DNA of 54,584 bases, filler included, from Catajapyx aquilonaris (GCA_000934665.2; 2 parts of 2 records of this genome joined end to end with filler, not necessarily neighbours in it), one strand, 5' to 3'. Positions 1 through 11,273 are shown, counted from the first letter of the whole stretch. The notes: generated by a model not told the origin, from the sequence alone. Program-made: numbers and translations.

Positions 1-99
1 GGGGGGGTTGGAGGGGGAGGGGGCTGCCGCGTGCACTGCCATCTAGTACCTTGCGGTAGAATTTCATTTTCTAGCGATAGAAGAATTTTACATAGGGTT

Positions 100-243
100 G
101 CACGTCTTAAAAGGTATTGTCTAAGATATGGACATTTGCCTACTCTTAGATTCAAAGATTCAATTGTCACAATCGAGTCAAACACTTCTTTCGGTATGTC
201 TGGTAGACGGAGATCAGGAAATTGAGCCTCCTTTACATGTGTT
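100..243 (+). mobile_element. Internal fragment of the pogo-like MITE family also at 23383-23982
   Basis: 'cctactcttagattcaaagattcaattgtcacaatcgagtcaaacacttctttcggtatgtctggtagacggagatcaggaaattg' is near-identical to 23610-23700; no TIR retained here. Confidence 0.75.
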
Positions 244-860
244 GCATTCCAAGATTGTTGCCTTCCTGCAAAAAAAGAGCGGAGATTGCTTCTCCAACCT
301 GAATGAGGTCTGAAACCCTCATCCCCAAAAAATTATGGCATGCCCATCGTAATCTATCAATCCTGGACAGCACATTTGTACATCAAAAATTGTTTGTCCA
401 CAGATGTGGGGCCTTTTACGGGATTTTGCGCATTTAAATACGCGTGACCTAATGACCCTAATTTTTTTAAAAAAACTTTGATTCGTGCTCTATTCTTTAT
501 AGAGAATTATCGCAACAAATTTCATTGAGATCATAAAATTAGGGGTGAACCTGGCCGCACGTACCGTATACTGTATACTACCCACTCACGCTGATCCTAT
601 ATCTATGAGGTATATGTGCACTGTACTTCCGATTATCCGGGCTAATGACTGCACAGGTGTTGCCGGATAATCGCAAAACACGGATAATCGGGAAATTGGT
701 CCTCAACATAGTAAAAAATGAGCTATTCGCAGGTTTTAAATGCGTACTACTGTACAGAGAGTATGCTGCTTGATTGTATCAAAATAATAAAACTTTACCA
801 TATAGCCACACTGTAACAGTTACCTTATGGGATCCTTAAAATATATAGTGTAGGCTATAT

Positions 861-2514
861 GAGGGAATCCATGTCAAGCAGGTCACCTTCAGACAAATTT
901 TTGAGGACCTTGACCAAAATTTAGTGACATGTACTACTCATCGACCTATGCAGGAACCCAAATTATCATACCTCTGCGTTGCGTGGTTGCGTAACCACAG
1001 GGTGTCAAATATGCCCATTTTCGAGCATTTTTGCTACGTTTGCGGTCACTTTGACGGCCATATCTCCTAGAAGGTCGGGTCAAATATAACATTTGATATG
1101 TGCACTCGAAGGGGGATTTTACGCTCTATGAGATGGTCGTGTTCATTTTTAAGAAATCCAAAAATGTAAAGTCAAAGATAGCGCCAGAAACTTTGATTTT
1201 GACATTGCTTATTAATGGCCCCCTACCACTTCTTTTGAATGGCACTTAAAACGACAAGGGAAATGTTTACTTCACATTTCCGAAAAATCTGGAGAACCCT
1301 TTTTCGATATTTGCCGACAATAATAACTTTTTTGGTTCCAAACGCCTCCCGTAATATAGTCACCTCATTTGGTGGACCATAACTCGGAGAAGCTCATGTC
1401 AAATCTTATATTTGATATGCGTATGTGAAAGGTATTTTTATGCTCCAGGATATGGTCTTACCCAAAATTGAAAAATCCAAAAATTTAAAGTCAAAGATGG
1501 CGCCCAAAACTTTGATTTTGATATTGCTTATTGGTGGACCCTTACGATATCTTTTGGATGGCACTTAAAATGATCAGGGTAATGTTTAATTGACATTTCC
1601 GTAAAATCTGGAGAACCCTTTCTTGATATTTGCCAAATATAAAAATATTTTAGTTGCAAGACGTGTAGCGTAAGAGTAGTCACCTCAATATTAGTAATGA
1701 AATTACTCCAAATGTGTTGGGTTAAATATTCATGCTACATATCGTGAGAATTTCAGATTCTAGCGCTCCACATGGGTAATAATAAATAGCAATTTTAGTG
1801 ACATACTAAAAAGATAATTCGCATGAAGTTAACAGAAGCGCCCATTTTTAAGCCCCTGTTTAACTTTATGGGGATTATCTTTTTATTAGGCAATAGCGAA
1901 ATCGATATTTGCATTATATTCTATGTAGCGTTAGAATCAGGCATTCTATTGATGTGCAACATGAATATTTAACGCAACACATTTGGAGTAATTTCATTAC
2001 TAATACTTAGGTGACTACTCTTACGCTACACGTCTTGCAACTAAAATATTTTTATATTTGGCAAATATCAAAAAATGGTTCTCCAGATTTTGCGGAAATG
2101 TCAATTAAACATTACCTTGATCATTTTAAGTGCCATCCAAAAGATATCGTAAGGGGCCATCAATAAGCAATATCAAAATCAAAGTTTTGGGCGCCATCTT
2201 TGACTTTACATTTTTGGATTTCTTAAAAATGAACACGACCATCTCATAGAGCGTAAAATCCCCCTTCGAATGCACATATCAAATGTTATATTTGACCCGA
2301 CCTTCTAGGAGATATGGCCGTCAAAGTGACCGCGAACGTAGCAAAAATGCTCGAAAATGGGCATATTTGAAACCCGGTGGTTACGCAACCACGCAACGCA
2401 GAGGTATGATAATTTGGGTTCCTGCATAGGTCGATGAGTAGTACATGTCACTAAATTTTGGTCAAGGTCCTCAAAGATTTGTCGGAAGGTGATCCACTTG
2501 ACGTGGAATCCCTC
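861..2514. mobile_element. Non-autonomous Sola-type (Sola2-like) DNA transposon with very long TIRs
   Basis: Termini 5'-GAGGGAATCC...GGAATCCCTC-3', 4-bp ATAT on both flanks, inverted arms of several hundred bp; GRG/CYC termini, 4-bp TSD and long TIRs fit Sola. Confidence 0.75.
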
Positions 2515-2861
2515 ATATATATTTTAACAAAATAATACGGAAAGTGATACCCAATCATATGTAAACATGAGCTACACTTTGCAATGAAAATAATAAAATA
2601 CTTTTATGTCACATGCAGTCAGTTCACTATTTGCAGGTTAAGAACCCCAAATGCTCTCTCACTTTTGCTTACTTGGCATGCAAGCTTGCTGTTGGTGGAA
2701 ATGTGCTTGCATCAGCTCATCTTTCAAAACTTTAGACCTGTGACAACTGCCATTGTTCAGACGTCTCTGACCAGTGCCAAGGTTCAATGAATGCTCTACA
2801 TCTGCTCACAAACCTACTCTTTTCCTCTCCATCTGATCCACAATCCCGTAACTACTACTAA

Positions 2862-2910
2862 AATAATCTAGTGCGATAAGTCAATTATTGACTTATCACA
2901 CTATATTATT
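2862..2910. repeat. Short imperfect palindrome (possible MITE remnant)
   Basis: aataatctagtgcgataagtcaat / attgacttatcacactatattatt. Confidence 0.5.
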
Positions 2911-3104
2911 TTAGTAGTGGAGGAACTATAGTGGTAAGGAACCCCTGTTCCTCTTGGAAGTTAGTAACACCTAAACACCACCATGCTCCCACAGTCAACT
3001 CCTTTGGCCTTACAAGGAGAAAGATCCAGATTGCCAAAAACAATGTAACCTTACCTACCTTTCCTAACTGCCTTTTTACTGAGGACCAGTGAGCCTCCAA
3101 AGTA

Positions 3105-3191
3105 CCGTATTTACGCGCATATAAGACGCACCCTACTTTTTGAGCTACAAAAATCGGAAAAAAGGTGCGTCTTATATGCGCGTAAATACGG
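3105..3191. mobile_element. 87-bp pogo/Tigger-like MITE
   Basis: TA flanks; TIR ccgtatttacgcgcatataagacgcacc on both ends. Confidence 0.85.
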
Positions 3192-3925
3192 TAGTTTATT
3201 ATTGACCAATGGCAATCGCATAACCATAATTTTTTTTCCATAATATCTCAATTCATTTAAGAGCTCTCAACCTGACTGGGAATTACTGTGCACTGTCAGT
3301 TATTTACACACACAAAAAGTTCCTAAGTGTGAAGCTAAATTACAATTTACTGCAGTTATATCACATTTAGGTACTACTCAAGTGAGTAACATTATGAGTC
3401 TCAAAAAATTTACTTTTTAAATTCATTGCATTTTCAATGCTCAATTAAATGAAATCCCAATAATTGTGGATCATTTTGGGGTCTGGCAGAACCTACAGTA
3501 AAGGCCTGTTTTCACTGGCATAAATTTTTGTCTGGGCAAAATGCAAGCCATAACAATTTTTTGTTGCTAGGTGATTAATAATAAAGTAATAAAGTAGTAA
3601 AAATGAAGTTTGTTTGATTTTGTGCTCTATTTTTGTGCTTTTCATTTGTGCTCAAAAATTATGCTGGTCATTTGGAACCAAAAAAGTTATTAATCTTATT
3701 ATTGTTGGCAAATATTAAAAATCGTGTCTCCAGATGTTGTGTAAATCTCAAGTAAACATTGCCCTTGTCATTCAAAAGAAATCATACAAGTCGATTAATG
3801 ACCAATATCTAAATAAAACCTTTGGGTGCCATCTTTGATTTTATATATTTGGCATTTTTAAGAATGAGCATGACCTTCTCATAAAGCATGCAATTGCCTT
3901 TCAAATGCACATATCAAATGTCATA

Positions 3926-4820
3926 CAGGGTCATCGAAAAAGAATGCTCGTATTTTAAAACCCTACAACTTGAAAACTTGTAGACATATCTAAATGAATA
4001 TAAGTTTTGAAATGCTAAGAAAAGTCTAAAATTTAGGTCATACCAAAGTTGGTTTCGATATGAGCTCCATTTGACGCTCGAAAAATATACGGTAATCGAT
4101 GTCGTGCCTAACCCGCTCAGATAGGCTATGTCTGGCGTCACCTTTGCAATCTTTTCCCGTAGGTGCTGAAGATGCAGAATCTTTTCATCATGCATGTGTC
4201 GCCAGAAAAAAGGCAATCAGGGTAAGAACTGGGCTCCTGTTGGGGATAGGCATTGAGAAACTTCTCATTCAAGACTTGGCACACTGGGAGGGCAAACAAA
4301 TGAAACTTTCTTACGGCAGGTTTGTTTCATGGATGAGGTGACTTTTTATGTGCATCATAAAGAACAATGTGTGTGGTGTAGAGAGACTAGAGACCCATCA
4401 TATCCAGCACCTAAGGGATAGGATTGCAATGGTCAAGCCCCGTTTACTTGTGAGCGATTTGACGAGCGAAGTCATCGCTGAGTGACGTAACCAATATTGT
4501 TGGAGGTGAAAGTAACAATCGATTTTCGCCTCCAACAATACCGGTTACTCAGGTTACTCAGCATTGTTATCGCCGGCGATCAAATCGCTCACATGTAAAC
4601 ACACCTTAACTCCAGATATGATTGAGCGGGTTTGGCACAAGACTGAATACCGCCCTTTAAAATCTGCCGAGAGACAAATAAAGCTCATGTTGAAACAAAC
4701 TATAGTGAGACCAAAATTTAGACCTTTCTTAGCATTTCAAAACTTATATGACTAAGACATGTCTACAAGTCTTCAAGTTACAGGGTTTTAAAATACGCGC
4801 ATTCTTTTTCGATGACTGTG
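3926..4820. mobile_element. Fold-back Tc1/mariner element (rosa/DD41D-like) with decayed transposase 3' ends in both arms
   Basis: TA TSD; TIR cagggtcatcgaaaaagaatg / cattctttttcgatgactgtg; - strand PFFW..LREKIAKVTPD; + strand CFMDEVTF and RDRIAMV/TPDMIERVW, resembling FFLWG..ITPDML.RVW motifs. Confidence 0.7.
4437..4605. mobile_element. PIF/Harbinger-like palindromic MITE nested in the 3926-4820 element
   Basis: gtttacttgtgagcgatttga / tcaaatcgctcacatgtaaac inverted ends, TTA-like flank; splits the V|TPDM transposase motif. Confidence 0.6.
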
Positions 4821-5390
4821 TATTTGACCTGACCTTGTAAGAGTTATGGCCCACCAAGTGACAGAGAACAGAGCAAAAATGCACAAAAATTGGCATATGT
4901 TACACCCTGTAGTTTTGCAACCATGCCTTGTAGAGCCAAACAAACTCAGTGATGTGCATACATGTATGGGCACTACATCATACTGGAATTTGGTCAAGGA
5001 CATGGAAATGTAACATACCGTCACTGTGGGGGATGGCTGAGGGGTTCTAGGTGATCATTTCAAGCATAGGTATTGTGGGTCTCTGCAGCTTAGTTACTGA
5101 GATAATTAACATTAAAGACAAAGCATAGAATATCGTGGTAGGTATGCATTCCTCTGTTCAACCTTACTGTTTTCATTTCATTTTTAGGCGTTACCATGGA
5201 CTTTAATTTAAGATACAATTCCATTAGGTGTAGCAGGCAAAGGCCTTGGCGATGGAAGTGTGATAGGCTGTCACAGAAGCCAGTATAATGTATTCTTTAT
5301 TCAATGCAAATTATATATTTGGCAACTATAATATGGCTCGTTTACTCTTAATTACTTAGCACACATGCTACCATGCCATGGGATGAATAA

Positions 5391-5655
5391 TAATAATAAT
5401 AATTCATACCCCGTTATCAGCCTATTGGCTCTTTAGGGGGGAAGTTTTGTTTTGCCTGGAACTCTTTGCTTTCCTTTTACTACGCTTTTTGGGATAGGAT
5501 AGGGATGGAAGGAAGCGGCTGTGGCCTATTAATTATGGAAACAACTCTGGAATGTTCCTGGAAGGACCGTGGGAAACCACAGAACACCACGGTCAGAGTT
5601 GCCGGCCCCGGGATTTGATCCCAGGACCTCCTGATTACCAGTCGGACACCATATA
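5391..5655 (-). mobile_element. tRNA-derived SINE (family B, short form, slightly 5'-truncated)
   Basis: 15-bp TSD ccatgggatgaataa (5376-5390, 5656-5670); B-box-like ggatcaaatcc; (TTA)n tail; body shared with 12930-13360. Confidence 0.8.
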
Positions 5656-5799
5656 CCATGGGATGAATAACAACATGTGGCAGGAAAGGTATTTTCCTTG
5701 GCCTCGGCAAAAACCATCCCTGGAGTACAATTACTTATTATGTCATTATATGAAAGGTAGAATGCATACCTAATAAATGCAGTAATAAATGCATATGAC

Positions 5800-6372
5800 C
5801 TAATAAAATTCCTCATCTACAGCTTTCAGTTCAGCAAGACATTTCTGCAGGCCTCTCTAGATGTGAAGGCTAACACAAACAAGCCTTTCTTCTTCAAGCA
5901 CCTAATAGGTAGGATCACAGGGTGTTTCAAGTGATTGATGATCAACTGGCCATCAGGCAAGCAGGTAACAGCTGCATCTCCTATGCCTAGTCTGATGTTC
6001 TTCTCTTCCTTCTGTACCATCGCCAACTTTTTCAGCTCTTTCCTAAATTTCATGACTCTAGCATAACTGCAATGGAGAGAAGTTAAGCAAAAGGTGTCAA
6101 TATGACCCATGATACACTGGATACCTTGAGGTGTTGAATTGTCCATCTTAATCCATTATCATATCATCCCCAAAACATTGTGCTTCCCCAGCACAGAGGT
6201 AACTTTAGTGCTTCAGCGGACCTGACCACTTGAGTGCTGAAGTCATAGATGTTTAATACCTGACATGGTGGTGCCCACAAACTTAGCAAAGACTGCATTG
6301 AACATTGGGGCACTTATCACTGTGACAGTCGCTTGATAATTCAGCTTGAGGATATCTTCCGTCACATTTCTG
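5800..6372 (-). pseudogene. Decayed protein-coding remnant of unknown family (probably transposon-derived)
   Basis: Near-continuous frame NVTEDILKLNYQATV...FVGTTMSGIKHL*LQHSSGQVR*...MGHIDT...RVMKFRKELKKLAMVQKEEKNIRLGIGDAAVTCLPDG, then frameshift to ETPCDPTY*...LQKCLAELKAVDEEFY*; several stops; possible splice acceptor ttttacag at the 5' end. Confidence 0.4.
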
Positions 6373-6417
6373 TAAAATATACAGTAGGAATAAACAGGGT
6401 GTTTCTTACTACTACTA

Positions 6418-6785
6418 CCGTATTTACGCGCATATAAGATGCACCTTTTTTCCGATTTTTGTAGCTCAAAAAGTAGGGTGCGTCTTATACGGCAGGGCAC
6501 AACGGGTGAAACCCGTGAGAAATCGTCCACACACGTGCACAAATCCAGTGTGACCTTGCCACCTATACGTTTCAGATGCGTAGCATTGTCCCATTTTCCA
6601 CTTCCCNCTGGATTCTAATGGATTCCACACGCACATGCATTGCACACGAGGTTGCTGCCGGCAGCTCGAGGCCAGTTCCCAAACTACGGCAATAAATCTG
6701 GGTGCGTCTTATATAAGTCAACAACAGATTTTCCACGATTTTTCGCCTCAAAACCGGGGTGCGTCTTATATGCGCTTAAATACGA
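6418..6785. mobile_element. pogo/Tigger-like MITE, longer relative of 3105-3191
   Basis: TA-ccgtatttacgcgcatataagatgcacc ... ggtgcgtcttatatgcgcttaaatacga-TA; internal repeats of gggtgcgtcttata. Confidence 0.8.
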
Positions 6786-6795
6786 TATGTCATCC

Positions 6796-7280
6796 AGATG
6801 GCAGCATACTCGTTGGCCCAAAGCAAAATATGTGGAGGGAGAAATGTCAAGGGACCAACTGGTAATGAAGCAAATGACCAGACAATTGGCCTGCCCCTAG
6901 ACACAGACTGCAACAGACCTGACAGCATTTTGTAGCCAGGGTGCCTGAAAGGTGGACCTGTGTACCTACAGTGGTTGCCTAGGGAGCAGAATGTGAGTAT
7001 GATAAGATTGATAACCATCACAACAAATGTGGCAACCTCACAAAATCCCATCAGAAATTATCACGTTCACATTCTGTTCCCCAGCAATCACTGTTGGTAT
7101 GCAAGTCCATCTGCCAGGCAATCTCCCCACAAAAAGGTGTCATGTGTGTTGCCACATGTATGGGGGCAGACCAATGTGTCTGGTCATCAGCATCTTCACT
7201 GATTGGTCCCTCAACTCTCACCTCTACATTATTATTTGTTTTGGGCCAAGGAGTACCCTGTTGACAGGATCACATGCTAG
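6796..7280. mobile_element. Old palindromic (fold-back) MITE-like repeat
   Basis: 6811-6898 (ttggcccaaagcaaaata...gggaccaa...gaccagaca.ttggcctgcccc) is an imperfect inverted copy of 7162-7251. Confidence 0.55.
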
Positions 7281-7607
7281 TGAGACACCATGTATAGCAG
7301 CATTTACTTGTACTAAAGTCTGTAGCTCTTAGACTGCGCAACCTGGATAACTAATAAGACCAAAATTAGTGCTAAAACTGCAGTTGGTGTGTGTATACCT
7401 TTTTACATGTTAAATCAGCTGTGAATTTCACCAAAGAGATTCAGCCTGACATTTTGCAACAGAATTTTATCACAATTTATCCCAATCTATCAAATATCTA
7501 GTCCGGTGGCAAACATTCATGTATCAGGATGGAGATTTTATTCAAATGCATATAAGGGAATGAACATTTGACTGGTAAGCAATATGTAGTACCTCTTTGC
7601 AGTTTTA

Positions 7608-8260
7608 CGAGGTCGATTTGAAAAGTTTTGCCTCCTATGTGATAATTTCAATAATGCGCAAGATACTCACATAAACTGTGTGTCTGGTGAAAGCTTGGAA
7701 TGCCCTCTACAAGGAGATTTCATTACTTTTCCACTTAGTCACCATCCCTATGACCCGATGTCCCTATCCATACGCATGTGCCAGGTTTGGACCAGTTGTT
7801 GCATTCCGTCAGAAAAGAAATTAGGTGTCTTCTCCCAGTACCAGCGATGCACATCTGCTTGCACCTCCATATCACTGGTGTAATGGTGTTCCTTCAGGCA
7901 TTATTTCGGCGTCATAAAAAGGAAAAAAGTCACAAGGTGCGAGATCCTGGCTTTATGACATTTGAGATGCTGCAATGCATACTGCATTTGTCGACTTGTG
8001 CGTGGACAAGTATTGTCATGGTGTAAGATTCCCATACAGCCTGGATCTCTCACTTTGCGACTTATTCCTCTTCACGAAGCTGAAAGAACACCTGAAGGGA
8101 CACCATTACACCAGTGATGAGGAGGTGCAAACAGTGTATCCCTGGTGCCGGGAGAAGATGCCTGATTTCTTATCCGATGGGATGCAACAACTGGTCCGAT
8201 GTTGGCACCAGATAGGGATGGTGACTAAGTAAGTGGAAAAGTAATGAAATCCCTTGATAG
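7608..8260 (+). mobile_element. Decayed, internally deleted mariner (DD34D) element
   Basis: TA-cgagg mariner-like terminus; PYSLDLSLCDLFLFTKLKEHLKGHHYTSDEEV..W..DFLSDGMQQLVRCW matches the mariner YSPDLAP.D..LF..LK C-terminus. Confidence 0.8.
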
Positions 8261-8394
8261 AGGACATTCCAAGCTTTCACCAGGCATACAGTTATGTATC
8301 TGGCATATTATTGAAATTATGCCATTGGGAAAAGACAGGAAAATCACTATCGTGCCTGAGGAGAACTGCAGTTTATGTTATCGTGGCAATAAAG

Positions 8395-8702
8395 GTGATT
8401 GAGTGTAAATTGTTCGAAGGGGGGAGAGGGAAGGTGAGAGAGGTGTTTGCGGAATTCGACAGGGATAATCTATTAAGGGCACTGTTGAACCCCTCGGATG
8501 AGCAATTGCGGGTACTTTTTAATTTTTTTTCTTACATAGCGGACTGGGTGCACAATTGTTAATGGAACTGAGATACAGTGAGATTGTACACATTTAAATA
8601 ACACTGTTGGATTTGTATTTAAAATTGTATGAAAAGAGTATTGGATGTATCATTGTATGGAAGTCTGAGTTGTCCCTCCCTGCGTTTGGAGGCAGGGAGG
8701 AA

Positions 8703-8722
<20 letters not shown>
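8395..8722 (+). mobile_element. 5'-truncated LINE 3' end (R1/LOA-like) with (AAT)n tail
   Basis: ORF tail VIECKLFEGGR...DWVHNC* resembling post-CCHC LINE ORF2 end; GC hairpin ctccctgc...gcagggag just before the (AAT)n tail. Confidence 0.4.

Positions 8723-8775
<53 letters not shown>
8702..8775. repeat. (AAT)n(ATT)n microsatellite
   Basis: Directly visible. Confidence 0.95.
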
Positions 8776-8776
<1 letters not shown>

Positions 8777-9216
8777 GTATATTGAAATTATTGCATAGGA
8801 GTCAAAACTTTTCAAATTGACTTAGTAGTATAAAAATCACGTAGTCTAACTATTAATTTTAGTTCAAAGGTTGTAGTAATCAACAAACATTCATACTAAG
8901 CAGAATCTGACACATCAGTGTCACTTCTTCACAGCTTTGATTTCTAACAGTTTCCTTTCATTTTACTTCATTTTAAATGCCACGGTTACTAGGCTTCCTT
9001 TTCAAATGTCTGACCCTGTCTAAGCCTGGTTTCAGCCATGTCTACTTTGGCATCCCTTTTTGCCTTAGGCCAGGGGTGGGCAAACTACCGGGTCAGATCT
9101 GGCCTGTGAAGAAAATTTGTGCAGCCCGCGCGTGAATTTTGGAATTCTTGAAATTTGTGAAAAATAATAAATGGCACAATTATTTTTATATAAACATTTT
9201 ATAAATAATGACTATA

Positions 9217-9727
9217 CAGGGAGTCTCAACTCTTTTGTCCAAACAGTTATCGGAAAAGCCTATGTATCTTCTAGCTATGTAGCCAGAATATGCCCCAACA
9301 TTCCTGGCACATCCCTCAACTGATAAAGCCAGGGAAGCATCACTGGTTGCAAGTCACTGCTAAAAATAAGCAGCTTATGTAATATTTCCGATAATAGGGG
9401 AGGCGGAGTGGTGCTGCGGTAACTTATGCGCCCACGGATGTTAAGGTCCCGGGTTAGATCCCAACCCAGGGACACCCTCTTCATCTCGTGCAGAGTTCAG
9501 GGTCACCTCTGGCTTCATCTCGGGTGGTATTTCCACAGACTAAACCACCCGGGGGAGTTCACTAAAAATGGCCCCAGCGTCAGATGCACTGCACCTTGCA
9601 CATCCCCTCCTGTCATCCTGCCCGTGGGTCCAGGCGTTTCAATCAGTAGGTTCCAATGTATAATAGTAGGCTACAATAAAGGTTCCATGTGATATACCCC
9701 CACCGGGGGTGAAAGCACTTACCCAGG

Positions 9728-9791
<64 letters not shown>

Positions 9792-9830
9792 TTCCGATAA
9801 TTGTTCGGACAAAAAAGTTGAGACACCCTC
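9217..9830. mobile_element. Tc1/mariner-type MITE nested in the hAT MITE
   Basis: TA flanks; TIR cagggagtctcaactcttttgtccaaaca / tgttcggacaaaaaagttgagacaccctc. Confidence 0.8.
9397..9787 (+). mobile_element. Full-length tRNA-derived SINE (family A)
   Basis: 14-bp TSD atatttccgataat (9382-9395, 9788-9801); head with A-box-like tggtgctgcgg and B-box-like ggttagatccc; (ATT)n tail; second copy at 54142. Confidence 0.9.
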
Positions 9831-10560
9831 TATAATTGTCAACTTTTTATTAGGTTGAAATTTCCTTGTTAGATGTGGCCTGCCAAAATTTTTTGCTCTC
9901 TCTGTGGCCCACGGAGCAACAAGTTTGCCCACCCCTGCCTTAGGCTGACCTAATGAACAGAAATCTTTCACCCTCACCTTTTCTGACCTCCTTGCAACAT
10001 CATTCTGAAATGAGCTCAGCTGCAATCTTCCCACCAAAAATCAATAAGAAAATCCAGACATGCAGCATAATGATAAATACACACAGTCCTTTACCGTAAT
10101 TGAGTCTGCTTGATGTGAAGGGGACAGGATCAGATGGTTTTAAGGCGGATTGACTAGCCCATAAGAGCTCATAAACCCTGTGATGTGAAGGGGACAGGAA
10201 GCATGACTTCATCGAGGTCGCATTGAGCCCTAAAAATAAATTCCCTCACATTAGCACAAATTCCAATTTCTAATTTCTTCACCCTTTCATGCCAGACATC
10301 TTTCTGAATGATTCAATGGTATGTCATTAACGTTTCAAATCTCTTCCTTTCCTCTTCTTTTTAGATACCCTAGCTATCAGGGCTTCTGCAGTTAAAATAA
10401 TAACTACATATTATCCAAATATGAACGTATCTAATAAAGATGGTGGGTGAGTAACAATTCACCTTTTACACGTGTCTGCTATATGTCAGCAAGTTTTATG
10501 AGGAAAGGTCAAAAAGTTTACACCTAGGTATAAAGAACTCATGTAATAACTTATGCAGTA

Positions 10561-10904
10561 ATAATCGGTTTTAGTGCTCCGCCCGTTTAGGGCATCTGGC
10601 ACAGTACCTTTATTATTTGCTTTTCAGATGTTACAAGCTTAGTCCTTTTACGTAACGCCCAGGTACGGCGAGCGAATGGGGATGAGTGGGAGGGGATGTG
10701 GAATGTGCAGTACAGTACAGTTGCTATGGTCATTTTATGAATTTCCCCAGGTGGTTAGTCTATGGAAATCCCACCCGAGACGAAGCCACAGATGACCCCG
10801 AACTCTGCACGAGCTGAAGAGGGGAATGCCCGGGCTTGGTGTCGAACCCGGGACCCTTACATCTGTGGGCATATACGTTATAACAGTGCCACTTCGCCTC
10901 CCCT
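10561..10904 (-). mobile_element. tRNA-derived SINE (family A head/body, different 3' tail)
   Basis: 15-bp TSD ataacttatgcagta (10546-10560, 10905-10919); B-box-like ggttcgacacc; head and body align to 9397-9610. Confidence 0.85.
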
Positions 10905-10933
10905 ATAACTTATGCAGTATAATTTCTTTTCAA

Positions 10934-11150
10934 TGTATTTGCCCTTGCTATATCAATACACTTCCATCATTTCCCTGAAAGTGATATGATCATACCTAGA
11001 AAAAAATTCCAAGTTTTTTCTACAATACAGTAGGCCTACACTCATTGCCTTTTTCATATTGCCATCAGTGCCCAAACAATGTCCTTGAAGGTGAGGGTTC
11101 AGGTGACAAAGGAGGAAGTAGTCACTCAGGGCCAGGTCTGGTGTGTCAGG
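10934..11150 (-). mobile_element. Decayed mariner transposase C-terminal remnant
   Basis: PDLALSDYFLLCHLNPHLQG resembles SPDLAPSDY.LF..LK..L.G. Confidence 0.65.
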
Positions 11151-11273
11151 TGACACAAATTATGGCATTCAGGGAGAAACTGTGGAGCCTAACTACTTCA
11201 TAGTTACCTGTACTCTGAATTGCTCGAGGACTGTGCAGTGTAGCAGGTTGCTTTATGGCGACACAGAAGTAAT

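Larger units (their letters stand above)
3671..5001. mobile_element. Degenerate copy of one arm of the 861-2514 Sola-like element, interrupted by nested insertions
   Basis: 3671-3925 and 4821-5001 align to the element arm (atatcaaatgtcata|tatttgacctgacc vs atatcaaatgttatatttgacccgacc at ~2276-2302). Confidence 0.7.
9071..9937. mobile_element. hAT (Charlie-like) MITE carrying nested insertions
   Basis: TIR caggggtgggcaaact / agtttgcccacccctg; 8-bp TSD ccttaggc (9063-9070, 9938-9945). Confidence 0.9.

Noticed and set aside
8594..8820. ORFs with poly-Ile/Leu/Asn
   Set aside because: Translations of the (AAT)n(ATT)n microsatellite
9397..9470. tRNA genes at the SINE heads (also ~10830-10904, 13280-13360, 16130-16197, 18500-18577, 54142-54215)
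   Set aside because: A/B boxes are present, but each continues into a SINE body and tail, and all but the 54142 copy have visible TSDs; no convincing cloverleaf
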